Shown here piece by piece: positions 38,276 through 47,690 of a stretch of DNA of 64,000 bases; position 1 is the first letter of the stretch, and each line of letters opens with the position of its first letter. The notes beneath the pieces were generated by a model. It saw nothing but the letters and a program-made list of their open reading frames with translations. It did not search any database and was not told where the DNA came from. The translations under genes and the position numbers were made by a program. The stretch lies in the NCBI GenBank assembly GCA_958296135.2, contig CATQHZ020000001.1, positions 4,224,001 to 4,288,000 of the forward strand, given 5' to 3'. The DNA comes from an uncultured Poribacteria bacterium (GTDB lineage Bacteria; Poribacteria; WGA-4E; WGA-3G).

Positions 38276-38704
38276 TTACGCGCGACTCTGAAGAGCCACC
38301 CCGGGCCACTGATTATCCTGCTCGGTAATGTCGACGACGATGCCATCCGGGTCTTCAACTTTGAAGGCTTGGGAGGGAAGTTCGCCGGGGTTTGCATCGT
38401 AAGGCTTGCTGCCATCTAAGCCTTCCCACGTAATCTGGAAGCCGAGTTCCTCGCACCGTTGCGCCGCTTCCTTCAAATCCGGAACACGGACACCAATGTG
38501 CAGATAGTCCAACATCCCGCCGACGTGCCCGGGACGCGCCGGGCCACGGTGTTGGAAAACGCGGAAATTGTGATAACCATCGGTGAGGTCATAGCACCCG
38601 TTCATCGTTGAGAAAACGCGTAAACCGAGTGCATCGCGCCAGAAACGGATGCTTTTTTCCAGATCCGTCGTGCGCACGCCAATGTGGACAAGTGTTGTAG
38701 ACAT
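38276..38704 (-). CDS. VOC/glyoxalase family protein
   Basis: HIGVRTTDLEKSIRFW..LGL; HIGVRV; DPDG. Confidence 0.85.
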   Translation of the reverse strand: MSTTLVHIGVRTTDLEKSIRFWRDALGLRVFSTMNGCYDLTDGYHNFRVFQHRGPARPGHVGGMLDYLHIGVRVPDLKEAAQRCEELGFQITWEGLDGSKPYDANPGELPSQAFKVEDPDGIVVDITEQDNQWPGVALQSRA

Positions 38705-38764
38705 GAAAATGCCTCCTATAAACATAGCTGTCCTAACGGACAGTGATTCGGAATGACCGGTTCG

Positions 38765-39541
38765 TTAAACCCAGACGGTAGGTTCGCGACCAGCGGCGCG
38801 GTGTTCATAAAGCAGCTTGACATCATCGGGCAGCTTATCAAACACTTCGCCGGGAATAGTTGCAGTATTGACACCGAAGAGCTCCAAATTCAGCCACCAC
38901 GGCGCGTATCGAACAACGACCGCGGTGCGTTTGCCAGCACTCGGATTCTCGGCGTTGGAATGCCAAATCCGGCTATCCATGATAAGCACACTACCGGCAC
39001 TCCCGGTAGCTTGCAATTCGCCGGACAGCGGGTTTCTGTCGCCGATACCGTCTTCTTTGCCGCGCGGGTTACGAAGATCGACATGCGTCTTCGGGACTAC
39101 CCACGTGCCGCCGTTCTCTGCCGTAAACTCGGAGAGCATCCACAGCGTGGTAATACCGATGACAGCATTCGGGAACGGCTGCCCGATGTGCCATTTCTGG
39201 TTCAAGTCATACGGGAAATCGGAGTGATACGCGCGCACCAATTCATAGTGCGGCGGCCGAATCTTATACTCCGTTTGTGAGATGCGGACTTGCGGCCCCA
39301 ATAATTCGCGGATAACCGCGAGGAGCCGTTCATTTGCCAAATGCGCCGCAAAGCGCGGCATAAAACTGACAACGTTGCGCTCCCAGCGGCCGTGCTCTTT
39401 CGAGAAGTCGTTGTAGTCCGCCTCCGAGGTCTCAACCTCTTCGCGAACCGCATCCACCACATCGGCAGGGATGACGTTCTCCACGACGCACCAACCTTCT
39501 TCACGTAGTTGCGTCACATAAGGTTTAATTGTTTCTGCCAT
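38765..39541 (-). CDS. Phytanoyl-CoA dioxygenase (PhyH) family protein
   Basis: EEGWCVVENV, HSD, NGGTWVVPKTH, GSVLIMDSRIWH. Confidence 0.88.
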   Translation of the reverse strand: MAETIKPYVTQLREEGWCVVENVIPADVVDAVREEVETSEADYNDFSKEHGRWERNVVSFMPRFAAHLANERLLAVIRELLGPQVRISQTEYKIRPPHYELVRAYHSDFPYDLNQKWHIGQPFPNAVIGITTLWMLSEFTAENGGTWVVPKTHVDLRNPRGKEDGIGDRNPLSGELQATGSAGSVLIMDSRIWHSNAENPSAGKRTAVVVRYAPWWLNLELFGVNTATIPGEVFDKLPDDVKLLYEHRAAGREPTVWV

Positions 39542-39630
39542 AGTAGCCTCCTTTGGGAAGAGAAGTTGCACGATGGCTTGATGATACTATTTCGCGTTAA
39601 AAATTGCAAGCGAAAAACCGCCCCTTGGAG

Positions 39631-39852
39631 CGTAGCGCGAGGGCCGTTACGGTCACGTCTACAGTAAACGTGCGTGTGTCGCCCCGCGTAAACACGGTCA
39701 CGTCTACAGTAAACGTGCGTGTGTCGCCTCGCGAAAGCACGGTCACGTCTACAGAAAATGTGCGTGTGTCGCCCCGCGTAAACACGCTACCTTACTTACT
39801 TTAACTTTGTCATCTCTGCAGCCTCGCTGCAGAGATGTCCACTGTCCCTCGC
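39631..39852 (+). repeat. Cargo-bearing REP with three 45-bp units
   Basis: Same element as at 5961, 12717 and 44645. Confidence 0.85.
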
Positions 39853-39869
39853 AATCCTGGGGTGACAGG

Positions 39870-40250
39870 TTACGCGCCCTCGCGGTTATAGCGAATCGCC
39901 TGTTTAATCAGCGGCGTAAGCCGCATGATTTTGCCAAGCGAACCGCTAACGCCGATTTCACGCTGGGTAATCGCTGCCATCACATTAAGTTCGCCCATCC
40001 AGAATCGGTGCGCGACATTGCCTGTCATCGTCAGTTCGACATCGGGAATCGCATCGCAGGGCCCGCAGACGATGGCGTATGCCCCATCCGCGGCGGTTAA
40101 CGTCATCGTAGCGTCCGGCTCGGTGTAGTGAAACCGCACGCACAGCCGCAAGGATTTCAGTGCCTCTTGGACTTCCGGTTCTGTGGCGATGCGTTCAAAC
40201 AGCCCGCCGATTTCGGTATAGAGTTGTTGGGGGTTTTCAAATCGCGTCAT
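39870..40250 (-). CDS. SCP2 sterol-binding domain protein
   Basis: PDVELTM..FWMGELNVMAAI..IGVSG. Confidence 0.75.
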   Translation of the reverse strand: MTRFENPQQLYTEIGGLFERIATEPEVQEALKSLRLCVRFHYTEPDATMTLTAADGAYAIVCGPCDAIPDVELTMTGNVAHRFWMGELNVMAAITQREIGVSGSLGKIMRLTPLIKQAIRYNREGA

Positions 40251-40289
40251 GGTGTGCAGTATAACATACGATGCACCCAAGGTCAAGAA

Positions 40290-40862
40290 ATGAGTTTAAA
40301 ACAACCAGACGAATTTGTAGAGAATGCGCAGCTAGCTGGCAAATTTCCAGCACCGGCGGTTTTGCGCAATGCGCGTGGCATTCCGAGTTTCTGCTTTAAT
40401 TCTCCTATCGGGTGGCTCCAGGTCATCGGTGAAGGAGCCAGCGTTTCGCGGCTTGACTTTGACGGCATCCCGCCGCGCAGTATCCCCGAAATTCCGAATG
40501 TCCCGATTTTAAGGGTTGTGTTTGATATCCTCACGCGCTATTTTGCCGGAGAAAAAGTCGATTTTTATCACGTGCCGCTCACGCTCATCGGCGGAACCGA
40601 GTTTCAGATAGCCGTCTGGCACACTATCCGGGAGATTCCCTACGGTGAAACGCGCTCCTACAAATGGCTCGCCGAACAGATTGGCAGGCCGAAAGCGGTG
40701 CGTGCCGTAGGCGGCGCAGTCGGCGCGAATCCCATTTCCATCATCATCCCGTGTCACCGAGTCATCGGCAGCAACGGCAGATTGGGCGGGTATGGCGGCG
40801 GCATCAAACGGAAACGCCAATTGTTGGAACTCGAAGGGTATCCGGTTGAAACGTTGAAGTAG
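40290..40862 (+). CDS. ogt: Methylated-DNA--protein-cysteine methyltransferase
   Basis: GTEFQIAVW, IPYGETRSY, RAVG, IPCHRVI. Confidence 0.92.
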   Translation: MSLKQPDEFVENAQLAGKFPAPAVLRNARGIPSFCFNSPIGWLQVIGEGASVSRLDFDGIPPRSIPEIPNVPILRVVFDILTRYFAGEKVDFYHVPLTLIGGTEFQIAVWHTIREIPYGETRSYKWLAEQIGRPKAVRAVGGAVGANPISIIIPCHRVIGSNGRLGGYGGGIKRKRQLLELEGYPVETLK

Positions 40863-41106
40863 GAGAGCCCTCCCGGTCTCGATGCCTGGTTGTAGGAGAG
40901 ACCTCCTGGTCTCGATGCCTGCCTCCCGGTCTCGATGCCTGCCTCCCGCGTCTCGATGCCTTGTCAATTTCGGGACCAGGGGAACCCTCCTACTGGTGAG
41001 AATAGGCGCGCCCTCCCGGTCTTGATATTCTTGACTTTACTGGAAGGCACCACCGATAGCTCTATCAACCACGATGTCTATGAATAGGATACCCTCAAGG
41101 AGAAAA

Positions 41107-42294
41107 ATGAAAACACTCGGTAAAGCCACCCAAGCGATACACGCGGGCGAAGACCCGCTTGCGCGCCCAAACGAAAAAAGCGGCACACCTTTGATGCCGC
41201 CCATCTATCAAAACAGCACCTTCCGCTTTACAACCGCGGCGGAATGCGCTGAAGCATGTACCAATGAAGAAAGCGGCTACGTCTACACCCGATGGGGTAA
41301 CCCGACACAGCAGCTTCTGGAACAGAAACTCGCCGTTTTAGAAAGCGGCGAAGCAGCACTTGCAACCGCCTCCGGCATGGGCGCGGTGAGCACCGCACTC
41401 CTCACCGCGCTCGCCGAGGGCGGCCATGTCATCGCGATGGAGACGCTCTACTCCGCCACGCACCACCTACTCAACGAAGACTTGGTGTCGCTAGGCATTG
41501 AGACAACCTTTGTCGATGCCACTGATGTGAATCAGATTGAACGCGCACTTCGCCCGGACACAAAGGTTATCTACCTTGAAAGCCCAACAAACCCGCTTCT
41601 CAAATTGGTAGACCTCGGGGCATGCGCGGAGATAGCCAAAGCGCACGGCGCAATCACAATCATTGACAACACGTTCGCCACACCTTGCGGACAGCAACCC
41701 ATTGCACTCGGCATCGACGTGGTGCTCCACAGCATGACGAAATACCTGAGCGGCAACGGGGCAGTCATCGCCGGGGCGATTGTCGGCAATAAGCAGTTCA
41801 TTGCGCGCGCGAAAACCGGGGCACTCCGCAACTTCGGCGCGGTAATCAGCCCGTTCAATGCGTGGTTAACGCTCCATGGGATAGCCACTTTGCCGCTCCG
41901 ATGGACGCAACACTGCAAGAACGCGTTGCGCATCGCGGCGTTTCTGGAAACACATCCCGCTGTCGCATGGGCGCGCTACCCTGGGTTGCGCAGCCACCCA
42001 CAGCACGAACTTGCTAAACGCCAGATGAACGGGTTCGGCGGGATGATAACTTTGGAACTCAAAGGCGGCCTAAGCGCGGGCGAACGGCTCGTCAATCGGC
42101 TGAAACTCTGCGCATTAGCCGTGAGTCTCGGCGATGTCCGCACCCTCATCTGCCACCCGGCTTCTACAACGCACTCGCTCGTGCCAACCGAAATTCGGCG
42201 GCAGACCGGCATTACAGACGGCATCGTCCGAATTTCGGTTGGCTTAGAGGATGCCGAGGATATCATCGATGACCTGGGACAAGCATTTTCGTAA
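41107..42294 (+). CDS. Cys/Met metabolism PLP enzyme (methionine gamma-lyase / cystathionine gamma-synthase family)
   Basis: YTRWGNPT, SGMGA, ESPTNP, DNTFA, HSMTKYL, AVSLG, HPASTTH. Confidence 0.92.
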   Translation: MKTLGKATQAIHAGEDPLARPNEKSGTPLMPPIYQNSTFRFTTAAECAEACTNEESGYVYTRWGNPTQQLLEQKLAVLESGEAALATASGMGAVSTALLTALAEGGHVIAMETLYSATHHLLNEDLVSLGIETTFVDATDVNQIERALRPDTKVIYLESPTNPLLKLVDLGACAEIAKAHGAITIIDNTFATPCGQQPIALGIDVVLHSMTKYLSGNGAVIAGAIVGNKQFIARAKTGALRNFGAVISPFNAWLTLHGIATLPLRWTQHCKNALRIAAFLETHPAVAWARYPGLRSHPQHELAKRQMNGFGGMITLELKGGLSAGERLVNRLKLCALAVSLGDVRTLICHPASTTHSLVPTEIRRQTGITDGIVRISVGLEDAEDIIDDLGQAFS

Positions 42295-42368
42295 GTCCCC
42301 ATGCGTTGTTTCAGTAGGCGCGCTTTCAGAGCGCCTACCGGCTAAATTCCGCGTCTCGCCTACTAACA

Positions 42369-43634
42369 TTACCTATCAATCACACCGGGCAGCTCGTTCA
42401 AGCGATTGGATTGTAAATTCTGGATATAATTCTCGTTGACATTGTTCGAGGGATGCGTCGCCTCTTTGTGCGGTTCCGGAAAATCCTTAATCAGTTTCCG
42501 ATAGACATCGTCCGCCAGTTCAAAATCGCCGATGTCCTCATAAATTTTCCCTACCCAGTATTGGGCTTGGCGGCGGTTATCGTAATCGTAGGTAGCGTTA
42601 TCCGCGACTTTTTGATACGCCTCAATGGCATGCGCGGTATCTTTATTCGCGTAAGCAATTTGCCCGATGTAAATCTGCGAGTTTGCGGCGTTCTCGTTGC
42701 GCGGATACCGGTCGATCGCCGCCTCCAGCTGCGCGATAGCCTCGTCATACTTTCCGAGTTTTTCATACGCCCAGCCGATGTAGAAGTGTGCATCTTGTCC
42801 AACCGAGGCATCTGGATAGAGGTCGATCACTTTTTGGTAACCAGCGATTGCCTCCTCGTATTCCCCTTCTGCGAGGTAGGTTTGCGCGACCCCGAAACTG
42901 GCAAGCGGGGCTAATCCCGGGTCGCCGGCATCAACGACGTTTGTAAACTCAACCCGTGCTTTCTCGTATAGTTGTCGCTTGAAGTAAATTTCGCCGGAGA
43001 CGTATAAAATCTGATAAAGCAGCGGGTTATCGCGGAATACCTCTCCGAGGTTATCAAACTGCGCCAACGCCAGGTCAAAATCCCCCTTGCCGTAGTGGCA
43101 CATTGCGATATTAAACTGCGCTTGCGCGACTAAGCCGCTGCCGGGGTATGTCCCGATTAACTCGGTGAAAAGCGCGATGGCTCTGTTGTAGTAGGCATCA
43201 GTTGATTCAAGCGTGCCGGTCTTTTTCAACTGCTCGCCGATCTGGTAAGAAGCGAAGGCGATGGCATACATGGAGTCATCGGCCCACTCGCTGTCAGGAT
43301 AATTGTTAATTAATCGGCGAAACAGCGCGAACGCCTCCTCATCCGTGCGAGTGATGCGGGAAGCGAGCTGATAGATGGCATCGTCCGCCCACAAACTATC
43401 GGGATAGTTATCGAAGACTGCCCGGTAACCGGCCCGCACTTTGCGTAAGCGGTTTTTATCCGGTTCGTCAAGATCAACGGGGGGATTGTCCAATTTTTGG
43501 ACGTCGGCCCATGCCTTGTCTGCGTTGTTGTAATAGTGCGCGTAACTGGTATCGGTGCTTGTGACGCGCCCGAGCCAGAACCCACCAGCGAGCGCGACAA
43601 TGACGCAAATTTCTGCGATGATGAACTTTTTCAT
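42369..43634 (-). CDS. Exported or membrane-anchored TPR protein (BamD/CpoB-like repeats)
   Basis: N-terminal TM; repeated YPDS.WADDA.Y and A..YQKVI..YP. Confidence 0.8.
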   Translation of the reverse strand: MKKFIIAEICVIVALAGGFWLGRVTSTDTSYAHYYNNADKAWADVQKLDNPPVDLDEPDKNRLRKVRAGYRAVFDNYPDSLWADDAIYQLASRITRTDEEAFALFRRLINNYPDSEWADDSMYAIAFASYQIGEQLKKTGTLESTDAYYNRAIALFTELIGTYPGSGLVAQAQFNIAMCHYGKGDFDLALAQFDNLGEVFRDNPLLYQILYVSGEIYFKRQLYEKARVEFTNVVDAGDPGLAPLASFGVAQTYLAEGEYEEAIAGYQKVIDLYPDASVGQDAHFYIGWAYEKLGKYDEAIAQLEAAIDRYPRNENAANSQIYIGQIAYANKDTAHAIEAYQKVADNATYDYDNRRQAQYWVGKIYEDIGDFELADDVYRKLIKDFPEPHKEATHPSNNVNENYIQNLQSNRLNELPGVIDR

Positions 43635-43914
43635 CGGTATTTCCTCCAAAACGTGTGTTAGTGACTATGATAGCACAATTTTCAAAAGATGTCAAATCTT
43701 GTTTTTAACAGGCGGAGAACCGGTCCCTACGCCTGTTAGGGCCGTAAGAGCTAAAGAGTCGTCTCTCGCGAGCGGGCCCTCATCCTAAAATTCTGATTCA
43801 GACATTGCAAATTACCGCTAAACGTGGTATCATATCCCAATTGGAAAGGAATGAATCAAAAGTCGACATACCTTTGAAACCCCGTTTAGGGGTGCAATGT
43901 TTATAGGAAGATTT

Positions 43915-44649
43915 ATGCAAACCCAACGTATCTGCCTCTGGTCTGGGCCGCGAAACGTTTCTACAGCATTGATGTATGCCTTTGCACAGCGGCGTGATAC
44001 ACGCGTCATTGACGAACCACTCTACGGATACTACCTCTATGCTACTGGCGCGTCGCACCCTGGCAGTGCGGAAGTCATCTCGGCGATGCGGACAGATAGC
44101 GAACAGGTAATCCGTGAGGTTATCCTCGGCCCGTGCGAGAAGCCGGTGCTTTTCATGAAACAGATGGCGCACCACCTCGTGGACATCGACCTCGGTTTTC
44201 TGCGCGAGACGGTGAACGTGCTGCTCATCCGCGACCCGAGAGAAATGCTCCCATCGCTGGAGAAAGTTATCGGGAAACCGACATTAGCAGATACCGGATT
44301 GAAGAGACAGGCGGAGTTGCTGCAGTTTTTGAAAGAGTTAGGGCAGTCGCCACCAGTATTAGATTCGCGTGAGTTGTTGCGCCATCCGGCGAGTGTGCTG
44401 CGTCAGTTATGCGAACGGCTTGGGCTCCCTTTTGAGCATGCGATGTTATCGTGGCCGCGCGGGCCACATCCTGATGACGGGGTCTGGGCGAAACATTGGT
44501 ATCGTAACGTCCATCAGTCGACGGGTTTCGCGCCCTATCGGCCCAAGACAGGTCTGTTTCCGTCAGCGTTGTGCGATATCTTAGAGGTGTGCGCGCCCTA
44601 TTACGAGGTGCTGCGCGCCGATGCGCTCGTTGCCCCCGCTGGGACGTAG
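43915..44649 (+). CDS. Sulfotransferase-like P-loop protein (partner of class IV aminotransferase)
   Basis: WSGPRNVSTALMYAF, DEPLY, KQMAHH, LIRDP, WAKHWY. Confidence 0.8.
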   Translation: MQTQRICLWSGPRNVSTALMYAFAQRRDTRVIDEPLYGYYLYATGASHPGSAEVISAMRTDSEQVIREVILGPCEKPVLFMKQMAHHLVDIDLGFLRETVNVLLIRDPREMLPSLEKVIGKPTLADTGLKRQAELLQFLKELGQSPPVLDSRELLRHPASVLRQLCERLGLPFEHAMLSWPRGPHPDDGVWAKHWYRNVHQSTGFAPYRPKTGLFPSALCDILEVCAPYYEVLRADALVAPAGT

Positions 44650-44820
44650 GGCGAGGGCCGTCACAGTCACGCCTACAGAAAACGTGCGTGTGTCGCCCCG
44701 CGAAAGGATGCTACCTTTAACCTTGTCTTCCCTGCAGCCTCGCTGCAGAGATGGCCACTGTCCCTCGCCGTGTGCTGTTGCGCTTGAGGGTTTGCGAGGG
44801 ACAGGCCCTCGCACTACGGT
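44645..44820 (+). repeat. Cargo-bearing REP (one diverged unit) plus inverted REP
   Basis: GTAGGGCGAGGGCCGTCACAGTCACGCCTACAG...CTGCAGCCTCGCTGCAG...TGTCCCTCGCC. Confidence 0.8.
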
Positions 44821-44907
44821 TAAAAATGCTGTTTTCGCGGCTTGCGAGCCCCGGGTCTTCGCGCGATAGTTGAAGGCGTGAGCGGTTTGATGAAGAGAGG
44901 AAAAACT

Positions 44908-45816
44908 ATGTCCCCACAATTACCTGATGCCAGAAACGAAAACATTTTGATTGCTATCAACGGCGAATTGTTCCACCGCGAAGATGCGAAGCTCTCCGTG
45001 TTTGACAGCCTCGTTCAAGGCGGCGATGGCGTGTGGGAGGGATTGCGTGTCTATAACGGCAAGATTTTCGCATTGGATGCGCACTTGGACCGGCTGTTAG
45101 ATTCGGCGCACGCAATGGCCTTCGCTGGCATTCCGACGCGCGGCGCAATCAAAGCGGCGATTTTTGAGACGCTCCGCGCCAACGGGATGCGCGATGGCAT
45201 CCATATCCGCTTGACGCTCAGCCGTGGCAAAAAGGTTACGTCTAGCATGGACGCGCGCGTCAATCAATACGGGACAACGTTGATTGTCCTCGCGGAGTGG
45301 AAGCCGCCTATCTATGCGAGTAGCGGCATCCGCTTGATTACCTCGGCGATTCGGCGGAATCCACCGCAGTGCATTGACTCCAAGATCCACCATAACAACC
45401 TGATTAACAACATCCTTGCCAAACTTGAGGCGAACGTCGCAGGCGTGGACGATGCGATTATGCTTGACATCCACGGCTACGTTTCTGAAACGAACGCGAC
45501 GAATATCTTTATCATCAAACGGGGTGAGGTACTGACACCGCATGCGGATAGTTGTCTACCGGGGATTACGCGCGGGGTTGTCATCCGCATCGCCCGCGAG
45601 GCTGGCGTGCCGCTGACAGAGCGGAACGTCTCCTTAACCGAGGTCTGGACAGCGGATGAGGTGTTTACGACGGGGACTGTCGGGGAATTGAGCCCGGTGC
45701 TAGAAGTCGATGGCAGGCAGATTGGCGCGGAGGCTCCTGGGCCGGTAACAGCGCGGTTGCAAGAATTGTATGCGGCGTTAACGGCGCGGGAAGGGGAGCC
45801 GTTGCCGCCGCGATAG
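44908..45816 (+). CDS. Aminotransferase class IV (branched-chain/D-amino acid type)
   Basis: GDGVWEGLRVY, HLDRL, KIHHNN, ETNATNIF, LPGITR, ADEVFTTGT. Confidence 0.9.
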   Translation: MSPQLPDARNENILIAINGELFHREDAKLSVFDSLVQGGDGVWEGLRVYNGKIFALDAHLDRLLDSAHAMAFAGIPTRGAIKAAIFETLRANGMRDGIHIRLTLSRGKKVTSSMDARVNQYGTTLIVLAEWKPPIYASSGIRLITSAIRRNPPQCIDSKIHHNNLINNILAKLEANVAGVDDAIMLDIHGYVSETNATNIFIIKRGEVLTPHADSCLPGITRGVVIRIAREAGVPLTERNVSLTEVWTADEVFTTGTVGELSPVLEVDGRQIGAEAPGPVTARLQELYAALTAREGEPLPPR

Positions 45817-45867
45817 TGGTAAGTTCCGTAGGCGCGGTTTGTAACCGCGCCTACGGCGAGTGCCGGT

Positions 45868-46359
45868 TTACTGCGGTGGCGGCGGTGGCGGCTCGTGAAA
45901 GGGTTGTCCGTTCGCTGCCGCGTCTAAGCGGCGCGTATTCCAAGCGTTCCACTGCCGATACGTTTCAGCGGTGCCTTCGGCTCTACCTTCAACTCTACCT
46001 TCGGCTTTACCTTCGGCTCTACCTTCGGCTTTACCTTTGGTTCTGGCTTCCGCTCTGGCTTGCTCGACGCGCTTCTCTCGTTGCGCGCGAAAATAGTCTC
46101 TCAGAATCATCATGATATCGATACCTCCAAAAATGAAGACGACAGACCCGAGGGCAACGCCCATGAAATCCCCCATGTAGGAAATTATCGATTGCGTTGT
46201 CTCCATCGGTGGTTTGCCTTTTGAAACCTCGTGTCGAATGAGAAAACAGGCGTATACGCCAACTTCCAGCGCGTAAACAATGAACGCCGCCACCACCCAT
46301 CTCAGGCGAACCGTCAGCAGCGACACGCGCGCCTCTGTTCTCTCCGAATCTTTTTTCAT
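45868..46359 (-). CDS. Two-TM hypothetical protein with (K/R)AEG repeats and Pro-rich tail
   Basis: RBS GGAGG; two hydrophobic segments; GKAEGRAEGKAEGRVEGRAEG; WNAWNTRR..PFHEPPP. Confidence 0.65.
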   Translation of the reverse strand: MKKDSERTEARVSLLTVRLRWVVAAFIVYALEVGVYACFLIRHEVSKGKPPMETTQSIISYMGDFMGVALGSVVFIFGGIDIMMILRDYFRAQREKRVEQARAEARTKGKAEGRAEGKAEGRVEGRAEGTAETYRQWNAWNTRRLDAAANGQPFHEPPPPPPQ

Positions 46360-46496
46360 TAGGAATGCCTCCGTATTAAAATACCCTATCTCGCGCTGCA
46401 GATGCAACAAAAAACGCGCGGTTAGGAACATTTGTATAGTATACACTACCTAATAACCTATTGTCAACCTTTTTTCAAAAGACTTTGGAAGGCTAC

Positions 46497-47690
46497 CTAA
46501 ATCTTATAGAGAGATAGACTCGCGAGAATGTCGCTGTCCGTAACGACGAGTGCCACAGCCAAAACTGTTATCGGCAACTCCCCGGCAAACCGCGCCAATT
46601 TTTGCTCATCTTTCTGCGTCGTCACGACGCATTCCGCACCCGTCTGTTTCAACTTGCGTCGGATGCGCTGACAGTCCGCTTCTGTGTAAGCGTGATGGTC
46701 TGGGAATGCGAGTAAATCAACGGTTGCCGGCGTATATTGGGTGAGCGTTGTAACGAAAGCGTTCGGGTTACCGATGCCACACACGGCGAGCAGTCGCTTT
46801 CCGCTGAGCCAACTGAGGGATAATTGTTCCGAATCCCTAGCAGCACGCAGGCGATAGAGCTGCATGGGACGGTGAACACTCTCCATAATTGGCGTATTCG
46901 GTGCTAATCTGCCGAGTTTTTCCTTAATGTCAGAAAGGACAGCTTGCCGCTCTTCTTCCGGTAGAAGAGCCCTCCCGGTCTTGACGTTGACGGGTTTCGC
47001 GCCCCTACCGGGGAGAGCGAAATCGGTCCGAGTCAATAAGATGATGTCGGCGCGGTGGAGGGCTGTGAGGGGTTCACGCAGCGTGCCAGCAGGTAAGAGC
47101 TGCCCTGTGCCGAAAGGGCGTGTCGCATCGACGGTGACGATGTCAACATCTCGGTGGAGTTGACGATGTTGGAAGCCATCGTCAAGGAGGAGCACCTCGC
47201 TTTTAAAGCGAGCCATGGCGAGTTGTCCCGCTGCGTAACGATGCCTGCCGACAAGGATAGGAATGCCGGGGAGGAGGCGCGCCATCATCGCTGCCTCATC
47301 GCCGCTCTCCGCGAGGGAGCAGCGGCATCTCTCGCCATCTGAGACAATCGTAACGTTTTTTGCGCGCTTGAAAAGCGCGCCTCCCGGTCGGGAGGAGTGG
47401 CGTTTGTAACCGCGCAGAAGGACAGCGACGCGCACGCCATCTGTTTGGAGCTGCTTTGCAATGGCGATGACTGCCGGTGTTTTGCCTGTGCCGCCAACGA
47501 CGATGTTGCCGACGCTGATAACGGGGCATGGTAAACGGCGCGTCTGAAAAATGCCGCGCGTATAGAGTATGTCTCGCAGCGATACGACTGCGGCGTAGGC
47601 GCGCTTTAAAAGCGCGCCTACTGGCCAGAGAAGTATGCGGAGAAGTCCTGGCCGGTCGCTTGTAATGAGGGGATAGAGCGCGGATTTCAT
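46497..47690 (-). CDS. lpxK: Tetraacyldisaccharide 4'-kinase
   Basis: VISVGNIVVGGTGKTP, RGY, GDEA, LDDGFQH, LPAGTLRE, GIGNP, FPDHH, TTQKD. Confidence 0.95.
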   Translation of the reverse strand: MKSALYPLITSDRPGLLRILLWPVGALLKRAYAAVVSLRDILYTRGIFQTRRLPCPVISVGNIVVGGTGKTPAVIAIAKQLQTDGVRVAVLLRGYKRHSSRPGGALFKRAKNVTIVSDGERCRCSLAESGDEAAMMARLLPGIPILVGRHRYAAGQLAMARFKSEVLLLDDGFQHRQLHRDVDIVTVDATRPFGTGQLLPAGTLREPLTALHRADIILLTRTDFALPGRGAKPVNVKTGRALLPEEERQAVLSDIKEKLGRLAPNTPIMESVHRPMQLYRLRAARDSEQLSLSWLSGKRLLAVCGIGNPNAFVTTLTQYTPATVDLLAFPDHHAYTEADCQRIRRKLKQTGAECVVTTQKDEQKLARFAGELPITVLAVALVVTDSDILASLSLYKI

